Shown: positions 8,634 to 18,750, counted from the first letter of the stretch. The stretch: DNA of 55,502 nucleotides from an uncultured Thermococci archaeon (GCA_964549615.1 CAZJVP010000052.1:1-55502); one strand, 5' to 3'. Made by a program: numbers and translations. Notes: generated by a model not told the origin, from the letters alone.

Positions 8634-10054
8634 CCGCAAGGGAGATCGTCATAGACCCAGTTACGCGGGTCGAGGGGCACGGCAAGATCACACTCCAGCT
8701 CGACGAGAAGGGCAATGTGTCAACTGCCAGGTTCCATGTGACGCAGTTCAGAGGATTCGAGAAGTTCTGCGAGGGGCGGCTTTTCTGGGAGATGCCCTCG
8801 ATAATGCCGAGGATTTGTGGGATCTGCAGCATAAGCCATGGCCTTGCATCCGCCAAGGCGTGCGACGCTATACTGGGGATTGAGATAACCGAGACCGCCA
8901 GGAAGCTGAGGGAACTCTTGCAGGCCGGCGAACTGATACAGTCCCATGCCCTACATTTCTTCTACCTGGCGGCTCCCGACCTGCTCTTCGGCATGGATGC
9001 CGACCCGCAGCACAGAAACGTTCTTCGCGTGATCGACGAGCGTCCCGACCTTGCCAGGATGGGGATAGGACTGAGGAGGTTCGGCCAGACCATATTCGAG
9101 AGGTTGAGCGGAGCCAGGATACACATCGACTACCCAATTCCCGGAGGAGTTAGCGGGGCCTTGAGCGCAAAGGATCGTGACTATCTGCTGGCCCACGTCA
9201 GGGAGCAGCTGGGGGCAGCGCAGACCGGCTTGGACCTTGCTCGGGATTACATTGAGAAAGGAGGCATAGAGGTAGAACGGTTCTCCAAGTTCCCGTCAAA
9301 GTATATGGGGCTTGTCGACGAAGAAGGAAACCTCGAGGTCTACGACGGGAGCCTCCGGCTCAAGTCCGCTGATGGCGAGGTGTTGGAGGAGGTTCCCTCA
9401 CAACGGTACGCTTCCATCATCAGCGAAGGAGTCGAGAGCTGGTCATACCTGAAATTCCCCTACTACTCGAAGGAGTCCTTTGCGGGCGGGATGTACAGGG
9501 TCGGCCCATTGGGCCGGCTGAACGTCTGCGACGGGATCGATACCCCCCTTGCAAAGGAGGCTGCCAAGGAGTTTAAACGCGTCGGCGGCAGCCGGCCAGT
9601 CCACTCGACAATGTTCTACCACTGGGCAAGGATGATCGAGCTGCTGCACTTCGTGGAGAAAGCCCAGCAGATCCTGGAGGATGAATCGATCTGCAGCACC
9701 GACATCGTCCGATCGTGCCATCCCCAGAACACCGAGGGAGTTGGGGTCACCGAGGCTCCCAGGGGTACCCTGATACATCACTACTACACCAACGAGAAGG
9801 GGGTGATCACCCGCGTCAACCTGATCGTTGCGACGGGCCACAACAACCTTGCCATGAACAGGTCATTGACGGAGGTGGCCAAGCAACACGTTCACGGAGG
9901 CAAGATCTCCGAGGGAACCCTCAACAGGTTCGAAGCGGCGATCCGCTGCTACGATCCCTGCCTTTCGTGCTCGACCCACACAGTGGGTCAGATGCCTCTA
10001 GTCGTTGAGGTCATGTCCGCCGATGGCGAGCTGGTTGGGACGTACTGCAGGTAG
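8630..10054 (+). CDS. hoxH: [NiFe]-hydrogenase large subunit (group 3d/HoxH-like)
   Basis: TRVEGHG, L1 RICGICSISH, EAPRGTLIHHY and L2 YDPCLSCSTH followed by a C-terminal extension. Confidence 0.95.
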   Translation: MTAREIVIDPVTRVEGHGKITLQLDEKGNVSTARFHVTQFRGFEKFCEGRLFWEMPSIMPRICGICSISHGLASAKACDAILGIEITETARKLRELLQAGELIQSHALHFFYLAAPDLLFGMDADPQHRNVLRVIDERPDLARMGIGLRRFGQTIFERLSGARIHIDYPIPGGVSGALSAKDRDYLLAHVREQLGAAQTGLDLARDYIEKGGIEVERFSKFPSKYMGLVDEEGNLEVYDGSLRLKSADGEVLEEVPSQRYASIISEGVESWSYLKFPYYSKESFAGGMYRVGPLGRLNVCDGIDTPLAKEAAKEFKRVGGSRPVHSTMFYHWARMIELLHFVEKAQQILEDESICSTDIVRSCHPQNTEGVGVTEAPRGTLIHHYYTNEKGVITRVNLIVATGHNNLAMNRSLTEVAKQHVHGGKISEGTLNRFEAAIRCYDPCLSCSTHTVGQMPLVVEVMSADGELVGTYCR

Positions 10055-10217
10055 CGAGGATCCCCAGGCAAGATCGGAGTCCGGCGGAGGGGGAAGGGCG
10101 CCGGCTGCGCGAATTTGCGAGATAATGCACTCCTGCCCTATTTGGGAAATGTTAAAAAGGTGAGAGGCGCCGCGGAGCCAGCGGACACGCAGCATCGATG
10201 AGAGCTGGTGCAATAGA

Positions 10218-10382
10218 ATGGACAAGTACGTATGCACGGTATGCGGATACGTCTATGACCCTGAGAAGGGCGACCCGGATTCGGGGGTAGAGCCGGGCAC
10301 TGCATTCGAGGATCTGCCTGACGACTGGGTTTGCCCGGTCTGCGGCGCCGGAAAGGACGAGTTCGAGAAACAGGAATCGTAG
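10218..10382 (+). CDS. rub: Rubredoxin (54 aa; absent from the ORF track)
   Basis: Translated by hand as [54 protein letters not shown], with two CxxCG knuckles. GGTG RBS and an upstream GGGAAATGTTAAAAAG promoter-like element. Confidence 0.96.
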   Translation: MDKYVCTVCGYVYDPEKGDPDSGVEPGTAFEDLPDDWVCPVCGAGKDEFEKQES

Positions 10383-10437
10383 GAAGGCCTACTTCCCGAG
10401 AAGGACCGGTCCGGCTGGCGCCAGGCAGCAAGCTATC

Positions 10438-11253
10438 CTAGCCTCCGAGCACGGCCTTGCTCCTGGATGTCGTTAGGGGCATGTCCTCCGCACGGCCCGA
10501 CAGCACGGAACGCACCAGCTGCAGGTCCTCCTCCACCTCTTGGACGCTGGAGAAACCCAACGCCAGCGGGTCAGTGGGCTTGACGGCCCGCAGGGCGAAT
10601 GGCAGGCCGATCTCGGGCGTCACGCGCCCAGCCGCCATGGTCTTGATCGTGATCACGGGCTTGGAACTATTACAGATGATCCTCTGAACCCATTCGACCT
10701 CAAACGGACAGAGAAAGCCGATTGGGTTCAGCGGCAGGATGTAGGCTTCCACATCCTTCCCCGCTCGATCCATCGTCACGATGGTCTCGGGTCTATGGGT
10801 GCTCAGACCGGGTATCATGCCGAGGGATCGTATCTTCTCGGCGATGCGGTCATAACCCAGAAGGTCGTTCTGCGCGGGAAGGAGATTGTTGTCCGTGTAC
10901 ATCTGGTGCGGCATACAGATTTCCACATCGTGGTCTCGGCACCAGACGGCCCCCTGCATAACCTCTTCTGCGTTGTTCCCTCCCGGGGTGCATATCCAGT
11001 GCATCTCCAGCCCCTCGGCCCGCAGGTCGCGAAGGATGGCGTGAAGTCGATCCTGAATCCCGCTTACGACGGCGTTCACGCCAAGTTCGCATGCCCTGCC
11101 CATGATCTCCTTGATCCTGTCGTCCGTGAAGTACTGCTTCATCCACAGGTCGCGTGCCCTAGTGAAGTGGGAGAACCCGAAGAAAGGGTTCGTGCCGCAT
11201 ATGACCTTCGAGATCGCGAGGCCGCCAATCTGAACCGTCGGAAGGCCGCGCAT
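10438..11253 (-). CDS. Aldo/keto-reductase-like TIM-barrel hypothetical protein
   Basis: ISKVICGTNPFFGFSH N-terminus, PGLSTH and KPVITIKTMAAGR resemble AKR-fold proteins. Confidence 0.6.
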   Translation of the reverse strand: MRGLPTVQIGGLAISKVICGTNPFFGFSHFTRARDLWMKQYFTDDRIKEIMGRACELGVNAVVSGIQDRLHAILRDLRAEGLEMHWICTPGGNNAEEVMQGAVWCRDHDVEICMPHQMYTDNNLLPAQNDLLGYDRIAEKIRSLGMIPGLSTHRPETIVTMDRAGKDVEAYILPLNPIGFLCPFEVEWVQRIICNSSKPVITIKTMAAGRVTPEIGLPFALRAVKPTDPLALGFSSVQEVEEDLQLVRSVLSGRAEDMPLTTSRSKAVLGG

Positions 11254-11386
11254 GTGGGGGAACGGGATCCCTACGCTGAAAAAAGTATTCGCTGAGGCGC
11301 GGCTTTCCGGAGCTTTGAAACGAAAGGCTTCTCGCCCAGAATAGCCGGGCGCAAAGCTTTATTCTGGAGCATCCCAGAAGTGACCG

Positions 11387-12658
11387 TTGAGAGCGGCCAT
11401 CACCTTCACGGCCATCGTTGCCACCTTTGCGCTCCTGATGAGCGCAGGCCCAGCGCATTCACAAGACCTGATAAGCATAATCGCCATGGGGCAGGTGGGA
11501 CCCAAGGACTGCCCGCTCCACACCTGGTTCTCGGCCGTCCCCGACATCGACTACATTCTGGTCGTGACCAAACAGGACGTTGTGGTCATGACCGCGGAGG
11601 AGATGCAGCGATGGATACGCATCTACTTTCCCAGAAACAGGGAACAGTTGGTCAGCAAGTACGACCTCTACATCTTCATCGATTCGTGGCTCACCGGCTG
11701 GGACAGCTCGGTCCCCCTTCTCACCCCCAAGCAGGTGGACGATATCAAGTGGTCGGTCGGCGAGGCTGGGATGCCGATCTACGCGACCGGAATATGGAGT
11801 TCCGAAACCACGATGGTGAAGGGGATCCTGGCCTCAACCATGGAGGAGTACTACCCTGTCGATCTGACCAAACCAAGGCAGATGGACTCCAAGTACGTGT
11901 ACAAGGTCAGGCTCAGCCGGAACCCAGACCTCCCGCCGGTCCTTACGCCCTTCCTCCCCCTCGGCATTGAGAAGTTTCAGGGACAGTGGGTGGGCCAGCT
12001 GTACCCCAAAGAGGGCACCACGGTATGGGCCACGCTCTACGAAACGAACATACCCAACCCGCCCCCGGGCGGATGGCCCTGGCTGGTCTCGTGGAGGGTC
12101 GGATCAAAGCAGACCATCTTCTGGGTTGCTGCCGACGACATGGAGGTGAAGTGGTGGTACGGCTTCTACCATCCGCCGACCCAGAATCCCTACGGCGTGG
12201 ACATCCTATGCAACATCATCTACTACTCCCTTGGAAAGCCGCTTCCGGAGGACATCCTCATGCTCCACGACCTCCGCAGGCGATTCCTCGAGTTCAATGA
12301 CAGAAAGGCGGTGAGCATTGGTCTGATCGAATTCGCTGAAAGGTTCAAAGCAAACACCGCCTCCCTCTGGAGGGACGTGGAGGCTGCAAACGAGCTGCAG
12401 AAGCGGGCCAGTGAAGCTTACCTCGTTCACGAGTTCTCCGACTCCCAGCAGTACATCTCACAAGGCGAGGAGGCCTTGATCAAGGTCGGCCAAAGAGCCC
12501 TCAAGCTGAAGGATGCGGCTCTGCTTTGGGTTTACGTGATCGAATGGTTGGCGGTGACGGCGGTTGGCATGGTCGCTGGTTCCATCCTTTGGACCCTCAT
12601 GATCAAGAGGCGCCTTTACCGGGAGGTCGCGGCAACACGGGCAAGAGGTCTTCGCTGA
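11387..12658 (+). CDS. Uncharacterised secreted, membrane-anchored protein (paralog 2 of 3)
   Basis: Signal peptide MRAAITFTAIVATFALLMSAGPAHS; RIYFPR, LPPVLTPFLPLGIE and LPEDI blocks; C-terminal TM ALLWVYVIEWLAVTA...WTLMIKRRLY. Confidence 0.85.
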   Translation: MRAAITFTAIVATFALLMSAGPAHSQDLISIIAMGQVGPKDCPLHTWFSAVPDIDYILVVTKQDVVVMTAEEMQRWIRIYFPRNREQLVSKYDLYIFIDSWLTGWDSSVPLLTPKQVDDIKWSVGEAGMPIYATGIWSSETTMVKGILASTMEEYYPVDLTKPRQMDSKYVYKVRLSRNPDLPPVLTPFLPLGIEKFQGQWVGQLYPKEGTTVWATLYETNIPNPPPGGWPWLVSWRVGSKQTIFWVAADDMEVKWWYGFYHPPTQNPYGVDILCNIIYYSLGKPLPEDILMLHDLRRRFLEFNDRKAVSIGLIEFAERFKANTASLWRDVEAANELQKRASEAYLVHEFSDSQQYISQGEEALIKVGQRALKLKDAALLWVYVIEWLAVTAVGMVAGSILWTLMIKRRLYREVAATRARGLR

Positions 12659-12745
12659 ACCGTTCGCCAGATCACGTACCGGTACCGGCCACGTGGCCAG
12701 TCCTGAGCGGCAGATCAAAACGGCCGAAAGCAAGAATAAGGCGGG

Positions 12746-14026
12746 TTGGTAGCACCAACTATGCCTTACATTCCAGGCTCGAAGCTGCGCCGATGCGCCG
12801 AATCTAACCTTGAAGAGGCCAAGAGCTTCCTCCTTGACCTCATCAGGATTCCAAGCGTGTATGGGAAGGAGGCAAAGGCACAGCGATGCGTTCGCGATTG
12901 GTTCCACGAAACCGGGTTTGAGGTTCGTGAAGTGCCGATTATGGAGGGTCTCCAACGGGATCCTGAGTACTCCCATACCGAGCGACCGGTTCGGCCCACC
13001 GGGAGGCCCAACATCGTCGTCCTGGCGGGGGGACATGGTAAGGGCGGCCGCACCCTCATACTCAACACCCATGTAGACGTTGTTCCCGCAGGATCCTGGT
13101 CCGCGGCCTTTCATCCGACCACCGATGGGAAATACGTGACAGGGAGGGGTGCTGTGGACTGCAAGGGGCAGATCGCGGCCATGTATCTTTTGCTCAAGAT
13201 GATGAAGGAGCTGGGGCTCGAGCCACGTTCCCGGCTGACCTTGGAGGTGGTCGTGGAGGAGGAGATAGGGGGGAATGGCACACTCTCCTTGATCCGACAA
13301 GGTTACTCCGCTGGTGGCGCGGTTGTCCTTGAGGCGACGGACCTTACCGTCTGCCCCGCCAATCGGGGGGCGGTCTGGTTCAGGGCCACCGTACGCGGTA
13401 GGCCGGTCCACATGGCCAGGAAGAGCTCGGGGGTGAGCGCCATCGACAAGGCGATCGACCTGGTGCGGCTCCTCTACATCTTCGAAGGCGAGCTTGCCGA
13501 AGCAAGCAAGGATCAGCCGCTTTTCGCCGAGTACGAGCAGCCCGTACAGGTCAACGTTGGGCGACTCACGGCGGGGGACTGGCCCTCAACGGTCCCGGGC
13601 CTAGCGGTCCTGGAAGGCGGCGTCGGATTTCTGCCGAACAAGGATCTCGAGGCCGTCAAGAGAGAGCTGCTCCGTATCCCCGCAAGGGGTGACCAGTGGC
13701 TTGCGACGCATACGACCATCGAGTTCCCAGCCCTTCACAACGACTCCTACCAGACCCCAGTCGGGCACCCGCTCGTCTCCGGGATGGTTGAGTCTTGCAA
13801 AGCTGTCGGCATCCCGACCAGGATCCGGGGCCTTATCGCAAGCTGCGATGCCAGGCTGTTCAACAAGGTGGGCGGCATGCCGACGGTAGTCTTCGGTGCA
13901 GGCCAGATCGAACAGGCCCACTCCGACGGGGAGAGGATCAGGGTCGGCGACCTGGTGCTTGAGGCATGCGCGCTTTTGGAGTTTCTTCGCAGGTGGTGCG
14001 GACTGCAAAACGTAGGACGGGCCTAG
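12746..14026 (+). CDS. M20 family metallo-deacylase (ArgE/DapE-like)
   Basis: LNTHVDVVP, GRGAVDCKG, VEEEIGG, CDAR and QAHSDGE metal-binding motifs. Confidence 0.88.
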   Translation: MVAPTMPYIPGSKLRRCAESNLEEAKSFLLDLIRIPSVYGKEAKAQRCVRDWFHETGFEVREVPIMEGLQRDPEYSHTERPVRPTGRPNIVVLAGGHGKGGRTLILNTHVDVVPAGSWSAAFHPTTDGKYVTGRGAVDCKGQIAAMYLLLKMMKELGLEPRSRLTLEVVVEEEIGGNGTLSLIRQGYSAGGAVVLEATDLTVCPANRGAVWFRATVRGRPVHMARKSSGVSAIDKAIDLVRLLYIFEGELAEASKDQPLFAEYEQPVQVNVGRLTAGDWPSTVPGLAVLEGGVGFLPNKDLEAVKRELLRIPARGDQWLATHTTIEFPALHNDSYQTPVGHPLVSGMVESCKAVGIPTRIRGLIASCDARLFNKVGGMPTVVFGAGQIEQAHSDGERIRVGDLVLEACALLEFLRRWCGLQNVGRA

Positions 14027-14101
14027 AGGCGGACCAGCAGACGGGTCCCTAAGAAAGCTTCATCCCGATGCGAAAACTCGGCCCGAGAGCCCTAACGGGG
14101 T

Positions 14102-14305
14102 CTAGCTTGCGTTGGGGGTCAGATGATCGCCAGATTTCGCCTTGCTTGAGTGTTTTGCTTTCGCCTTGGCCTGCGGTTGATGGGCGCCGCCCGTTGAGGC
14201 GAGATATATGCCAGATCTTAGACCTATCAAGAACCCGATGTATGCGCCCACCCCGGCTATGAGCACAACCTCAAGAACCGTCGCATGGAAATCCAAGACA
14301 ACCAT
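14102..14305 (-). CDS. Possible small single-TM membrane protein
   Basis: Hydrophobic stretch VLEVVLIAGVGAYIGFLIGL with a basic tail; TTATTTAAAA TATA-like element about 30 nt upstream on the minus strand. Confidence 0.4.
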   Translation of the reverse strand: MVVLDFHATVLEVVLIAGVGAYIGFLIGLRSGIYLASTGGAHQPQAKAKAKHSSKAKSGDHLTPNAS

Positions 14306-14461
14306 CCTATGCCGTCTAGGCAGGAATTCGTCCTTTTAAATAAGGCCCGCACTTGCGGCGCATCGGTTGCGCGACTCGCAGCCCCTTCCCGAGGTTCGGT
14401 GATGCTTCGATACACAATCATTAAGAGAGGAAACACCCGAGGGGGGTCCCAAGGTGATCGC

Positions 14462-15496
14462 GTGTACGGAGTCGGGATCGTAGGCGCGGGCTGGGTTGCA
14501 ACCGAACATATCAGGGCCTTCCAGGCCAACCCCGATTGCCGGGTCGTCGCCATCTGCAGCAGCTCCCTGAAGAGCGCGAGGGCAAAGGTCCGGGAGATGA
14601 AGCTGTCAGCCGAGGTCTGCAAGACCTACGATCAGATGCTTCGAAGGCCGGACGTGGACATAGTCTCGATAGCCACACCCAACAACCTCCACTTCGAGGA
14701 GGTTCTCAAGGCTTCGGCCGCGGGCAAACACATGCTGATCGAGAAGCCGGCCAGCCTGGAACTAGATCAGTTGGCCAAAATCCGTGATTCCGTGAGATCC
14801 TCCGGCGTCAAGACGGTGGTTGGCTTCGTGCTCAGGTGGAATCCGCTCTTCCAAGTAATCAAGGCCCTGATCAACGACGGCGCCATAGGGCGCATATACT
14901 ACGAGGAGGCCGACTACCAGCATAACATAGGTCCATGGGCAAGGGGTTGGAAATGGTACAGCAAGCTCGATCTGGGCGGGGGCAGCCTGCTCGGCGCCGG
15001 GTGCCATGCCGTCGATGCCCTGAGGTGGTTCGCAGGCGAGGGGCCCGAGAAGACGATGGACATCGTGCAGGTACACGCCTATTCGGGCGGCTACCGACGC
15101 CAGAGGGGCGAGATCGACTACGACGGGTTCATCGTGGCCATAATGAAGATGAAGAGCGGCGCGATAGCCAAGGTCTCCTCCAACTGGGATTGCGTGATGC
15201 CCTACCGATTCCCCATCGAGATATTCGGGGACCAGGGGACCATCAAGGACAACCGAGTCTACTCGAACAAGTTCCCGGGCCAGACTGATTTCGTCACGAT
15301 CCCGACCATACTGCCGGACAGCGGTGAGGTCACGCACCATCCGTTCCAACCCGAAATCAACCACCTCGTCGAGTGCATCAAGGCCGGCAGGGAAAGCCAC
15401 TGCAACCTGGAGGATTCCATCAATACGCACGAGGCATGCATCGCGGCCAATATGTCCGCCGCCACGGGCAGGACGATCGATCTTCCTTTGATCTAG
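14462..15496 (+). CDS. Gfo/Idh/MocA family oxidoreductase
   Basis: GIVGAGWVA Rossmann motif, IATPN..H, HMLIEKP and GCHAVD. GTG start after an AGGTGAT RBS (ORF 14285..15496). Confidence 0.9.
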   Translation: MYGVGIVGAGWVATEHIRAFQANPDCRVVAICSSSLKSARAKVREMKLSAEVCKTYDQMLRRPDVDIVSIATPNNLHFEEVLKASAAGKHMLIEKPASLELDQLAKIRDSVRSSGVKTVVGFVLRWNPLFQVIKALINDGAIGRIYYEEADYQHNIGPWARGWKWYSKLDLGGGSLLGAGCHAVDALRWFAGEGPEKTMDIVQVHAYSGGYRRQRGEIDYDGFIVAIMKMKSGAIAKVSSNWDCVMPYRFPIEIFGDQGTIKDNRVYSNKFPGQTDFVTIPTILPDSGEVTHHPFQPEINHLVECIKAGRESHCNLEDSINTHEACIAANMSAATGRTIDLPLI

Positions 15497-15938
15497 GCCT
15501 CTTGCGAGAAACCCAACGAAAGGGGCCCTGGAAACGATGCCCTTTACAAGAGAGGCAACCAGCCCGTTTTGGTGCCGAAGAAGAGGCCGGACTCCCTGCA
15601 CTTCCTCATGTCCCTTCACGGCCTGTATGAGGAGATGAGAGACGAGGGCTGGCACTGCCCGTCCGATCATCATCGTTCCACGCAAGATCGCGAAGACCGC
15701 AAGGTGCATGTTAGTTCCGACTTTTCAAAGGGAGCGGGAAGGCAGGCACTCGTCGTTGAGGGGTAGTCGGGTCGCCTCTATGCCTACAGCTGGATGAGGT
15801 TGCAGTCGGCGATCGACGAGGAGACTCTGCCGCGCCCCACAACTCTCGGGTCTTGCGCAGGCACGATATTCTTGGGTCAGAAGAGGCGCATCCGTCTGGC
15901 ATCGACCGCTTTCTCGTGACGCGTCTGCGCGCTGGGGA

Positions 15939-17231
15939 CTAGATCAGATCCCCTAGGACCGCATCCGTCACCTCAAGCAACGAGCGTTCAAGGCCGGGTC
16001 CGAATCCGAGGCTCCTAGCTACCCCGACCTCGTATCCCCCCTCCGAGAATGCCCGGTCGGTTGGCAAGTAACCGAGGTAGTCGTTGGCCAGCTCGACAAC
16101 GACGGCCTTGATTCCCCGGGACTTGGCACGCGACTTGATCTTCAGGCCCGTCTCGACAAAAACCTCGCCCGGCAGTCCGATCAAAGCAATGTCGCCGACC
16201 CTGATTCCCTGGACCTCGGCTCTTGCGAAGCCCTCCTTCGCGTAGGCGAGAGCCCTCTTGGCAAACGAGAGCTCCAACCCTGCTTTGTAGAGCTGCTCGG
16301 GGAGGCCCCCGCTTTTCTCCAATACCGGTAGATTCCGCTCAAGCTCGGCTATGCGCCGGCAGATCTCTGCCTCGGAGACGGCTGGCTGGACGGTTATCTC
16401 GAGTTCCTCGGATGCGAAACGAAGCTCTGGCTCTCTGAGGACACGGGCTTTCGAGAGAACGCACTGGGCAGCTGAGGCTAGGCTTTGGCCCAAACTCATC
16501 GCCTCAGAGAACGTTCCCCCCGACCTGTCGTAGACGTCGCCGCCCGCTTCGAGCCTAGCTCTCAGGCTGCGTGTGAAGGGGTTTACGTCCCCGCATGCAC
16601 CGTTGGTGAAGAGACATATTCCGCCGCTTCTTCTCTCCATCGCTCGCATGGCGTACCCTGGATAGTCGGCGGAGACCAGGTAGTTGTCAGGCCCTAGGAC
16701 GACGGCGTGGCACGAGAAGTTCAGGAGATGCGTCGTGTTCCCATCCCTTGATCTCCACCTTACTGCTACGAGCTCTGGGTCTAGCGGGCCCCCTTTGGGG
16801 TCTCGCCGATTTATGGTCAGCCCCTCGGTGATGCAGGAACCGAAGGCAAACCTCGCCTCTGCCATGCTGGAAGCGGCCCGCGTCAACGTCCTGCATATCG
16901 CAGACGACATCTCCGTCATCCAGGTCCCCATCCTCCCGTAGCCGAGGTCTGGCACTGGGCCGGAGTGGGTGTGGAAAGCGCATACCATGATGTTGTTGGC
17001 TGGGTATCCAAGCCTTCCCGCGGCCTCTCGCACCGCGGTGGTCGTCTCGGGCGTCACGCCTATCAGGTCGCACGAGACAATCCCGCCCCTGGTCTTGCCG
17101 TCGTCAAGAAGGAGTACGCGCGCATTGAGATGATCGTGGATGCCCGTCGAGAAGGAGGATCGCGTCGAATACCCAGCCAGGGGCGACCCCACGGGAGGCG
17201 TGATGCGGACCTTGCTTGCGCCTACCTTCAT
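15939..17231 (-). CDS. Neutral/alkaline ceramidase-like amidohydrolase (paralog A)
   Basis: ITPPVG..LAGY, HTHSGP, NFSCH, SADYPG, NGACGDVNP, LPGEVF and GYLPTDRAFSEGGYE. Confidence 0.8.
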   Translation of the reverse strand: MKVGASKVRITPPVGSPLAGYSTRSSFSTGIHDHLNARVLLLDDGKTRGGIVSCDLIGVTPETTTAVREAAGRLGYPANNIMVCAFHTHSGPVPDLGYGRMGTWMTEMSSAICRTLTRAASSMAEARFAFGSCITEGLTINRRDPKGGPLDPELVAVRWRSRDGNTTHLLNFSCHAVVLGPDNYLVSADYPGYAMRAMERRSGGICLFTNGACGDVNPFTRSLRARLEAGGDVYDRSGGTFSEAMSLGQSLASAAQCVLSKARVLREPELRFASEELEITVQPAVSEAEICRRIAELERNLPVLEKSGGLPEQLYKAGLELSFAKRALAYAKEGFARAEVQGIRVGDIALIGLPGEVFVETGLKIKSRAKSRGIKAVVVELANDYLGYLPTDRAFSEGGYEVGVARSLGFGPGLERSLLEVTDAVLGDLI

Positions 17232-17421
17232 GGGCGGAAGAGGGAGATTCCGCTTGAAATATGCGAGCCGATCGCCTCAACGATCCCAAGACTTGCCTGG
17301 GCCACCGCTTCCTCCCGGATGATCGTTCACGTGGGACCGACATTTTTCAGCGCCGGCTGGCACCGAATCCCGCACGGTCCGCTTCCAAACTTGGCGGAGT
17401 CTTGGCGACTGGTGGGTTGAT

Positions 17422-18750
17422 TTGGACGAAGGGCTTCTGGCGGGCACGGCCCGGGTCGACATAACCCCGAAGGTGGGCTCGGAGCTCATAGGGTACTTCC
17501 AGCCCAGGGTATCGACGGGCGTCGCTGCTCCACTGTACGCGACGTCCGCGGTCATCTCTTCGGGGCGAAGAACGGTCGCCCTCGTTTCATGTGACCTGAT
17601 AGGACTGCCTCGGATCTGGGTTGATGAGGCCAAGCGCCTGGTCTACGACAGGACCGGTCTTCCACCCGACGCGGTGATGATAGCCTGCACGCACACCCAC
17701 ACAGGCCCCTGCACAACCAGCATATTCTCCTCCAATGCCGATGAGGACTACCTATCCCGCCTGCCGGGTCTGATCGAAAGGTGCGTGGCGGGTGCCCATG
17801 CAGGGATGCAGCCCGCAACCCTCAGGACGGCAAGGGATAGTGAGGCTTCCCTGGTCTTCAACAGGCGCTTCAGGATGAAGGACGGATCGGTCAGGACCAA
17901 CCCCGGGGTGCGAAACCCGGAGGTCGTCGAGCCGGCCGGCCCCGTCGACCCCGAGATCCTGGCCATCATCATCCGAGATTCCAGGGACAAGATCATGGGC
18001 TGCATCTTCAACTATTCAAACCACGTCGATGTCATAGGCGGAACGATGATCAGTCCCGACTATCCGGGGATGCTCGCTGAGCTTTTCAGAAAGCGCTTCG
18101 GCCCCTCCTCCAACCTCATCTACCTCAACGGCGCTTGCGGCGACGTCAACCACATCAACATCCGCGGCGCGCGGACCCAAGGGGGACCCTCCCAGGCAAG
18201 AATGATGGCGAGCATGCTCTTCAGGGATCTCCTCGATATGGTCAGGAAGAACGGGCCCTGGTCTCAGCCCGACGTGGGGGGACTTTCCAAGAGGGTCAAG
18301 CTCCCGGTCCGCAGGGTTCGCTCGGCCGATCTTGATCGCGCGATGACCATCCTTCAAGGGGAGAGTGGTTGGGGGACGGATGTCGTTTTCGCCCGCGAGA
18401 TCGTGCATCTGTCGCATGACCGCCGACGTTCCATCGATACTGTCGTCCAAGCGATCAACATCGGGGAAACCGTGTTCGTCGGCATCCCGGGCGAACCATT
18501 CGTCGAGATTGGACTAAGGCTGAAGGTCGGATCCCCATTCGAATATACAGCGATAGCGGAGCTTGCCAACGACTACGTAGGGTATCTGCCGACCGACAGG
18601 GCGTTTCAGGAGGGCGGCTATGAAACAACGCTGGCCCGCTCTAGCCGGGTTGGTCCAGGAACCGAGGCCATCTTGCTAGAGGCCGCTCAGGATCTCGCAC
18701 GCAAGCTTCGCAGCAAGAGACAAGCGCGGGGAATGCAGCGTGGCGGCTGA
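17422..18750 (+). CDS. Neutral/alkaline ceramidase-like amidohydrolase (paralog B)
   Basis: DITPKVG..LIGY, THTHTGP, NYSNH, SPDYPG, NGACGDVNH, IPGEPF and GYLPTDRAFQEGGYE. Confidence 0.8.
   Translation: MDEGLLAGTARVDITPKVGSELIGYFQPRVSTGVAAPLYATSAVISSGRRTVALVSCDLIGLPRIWVDEAKRLVYDRTGLPPDAVMIACTHTHTGPCTTSIFSSNADEDYLSRLPGLIERCVAGAHAGMQPATLRTARDSEASLVFNRRFRMKDGSVRTNPGVRNPEVVEPAGPVDPEILAIIIRDSRDKIMGCIFNYSNHVDVIGGTMISPDYPGMLAELFRKRFGPSSNLIYLNGACGDVNHINIRGARTQGGPSQARMMASMLFRDLLDMVRKNGPWSQPDVGGLSKRVKLPVRRVRSADLDRAMTILQGESGWGTDVVFAREIVHLSHDRRRSIDTVVQAINIGETVFVGIPGEPFVEIGLRLKVGSPFEYTAIAELANDYVGYLPTDRAFQEGGYETTLARSSRVGPGTEAILLEAAQDLARKLRSKRQARGMQRGG

Noticed and set aside
15497-15938. 440-nt gap with ORF 15569..15766; possible RNase P or SRP RNA
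   Set aside because: No RNase P (GAGGAAAGTCC-like) or SRP helix-8 signature was seen, and the ORF has no recognisable features.
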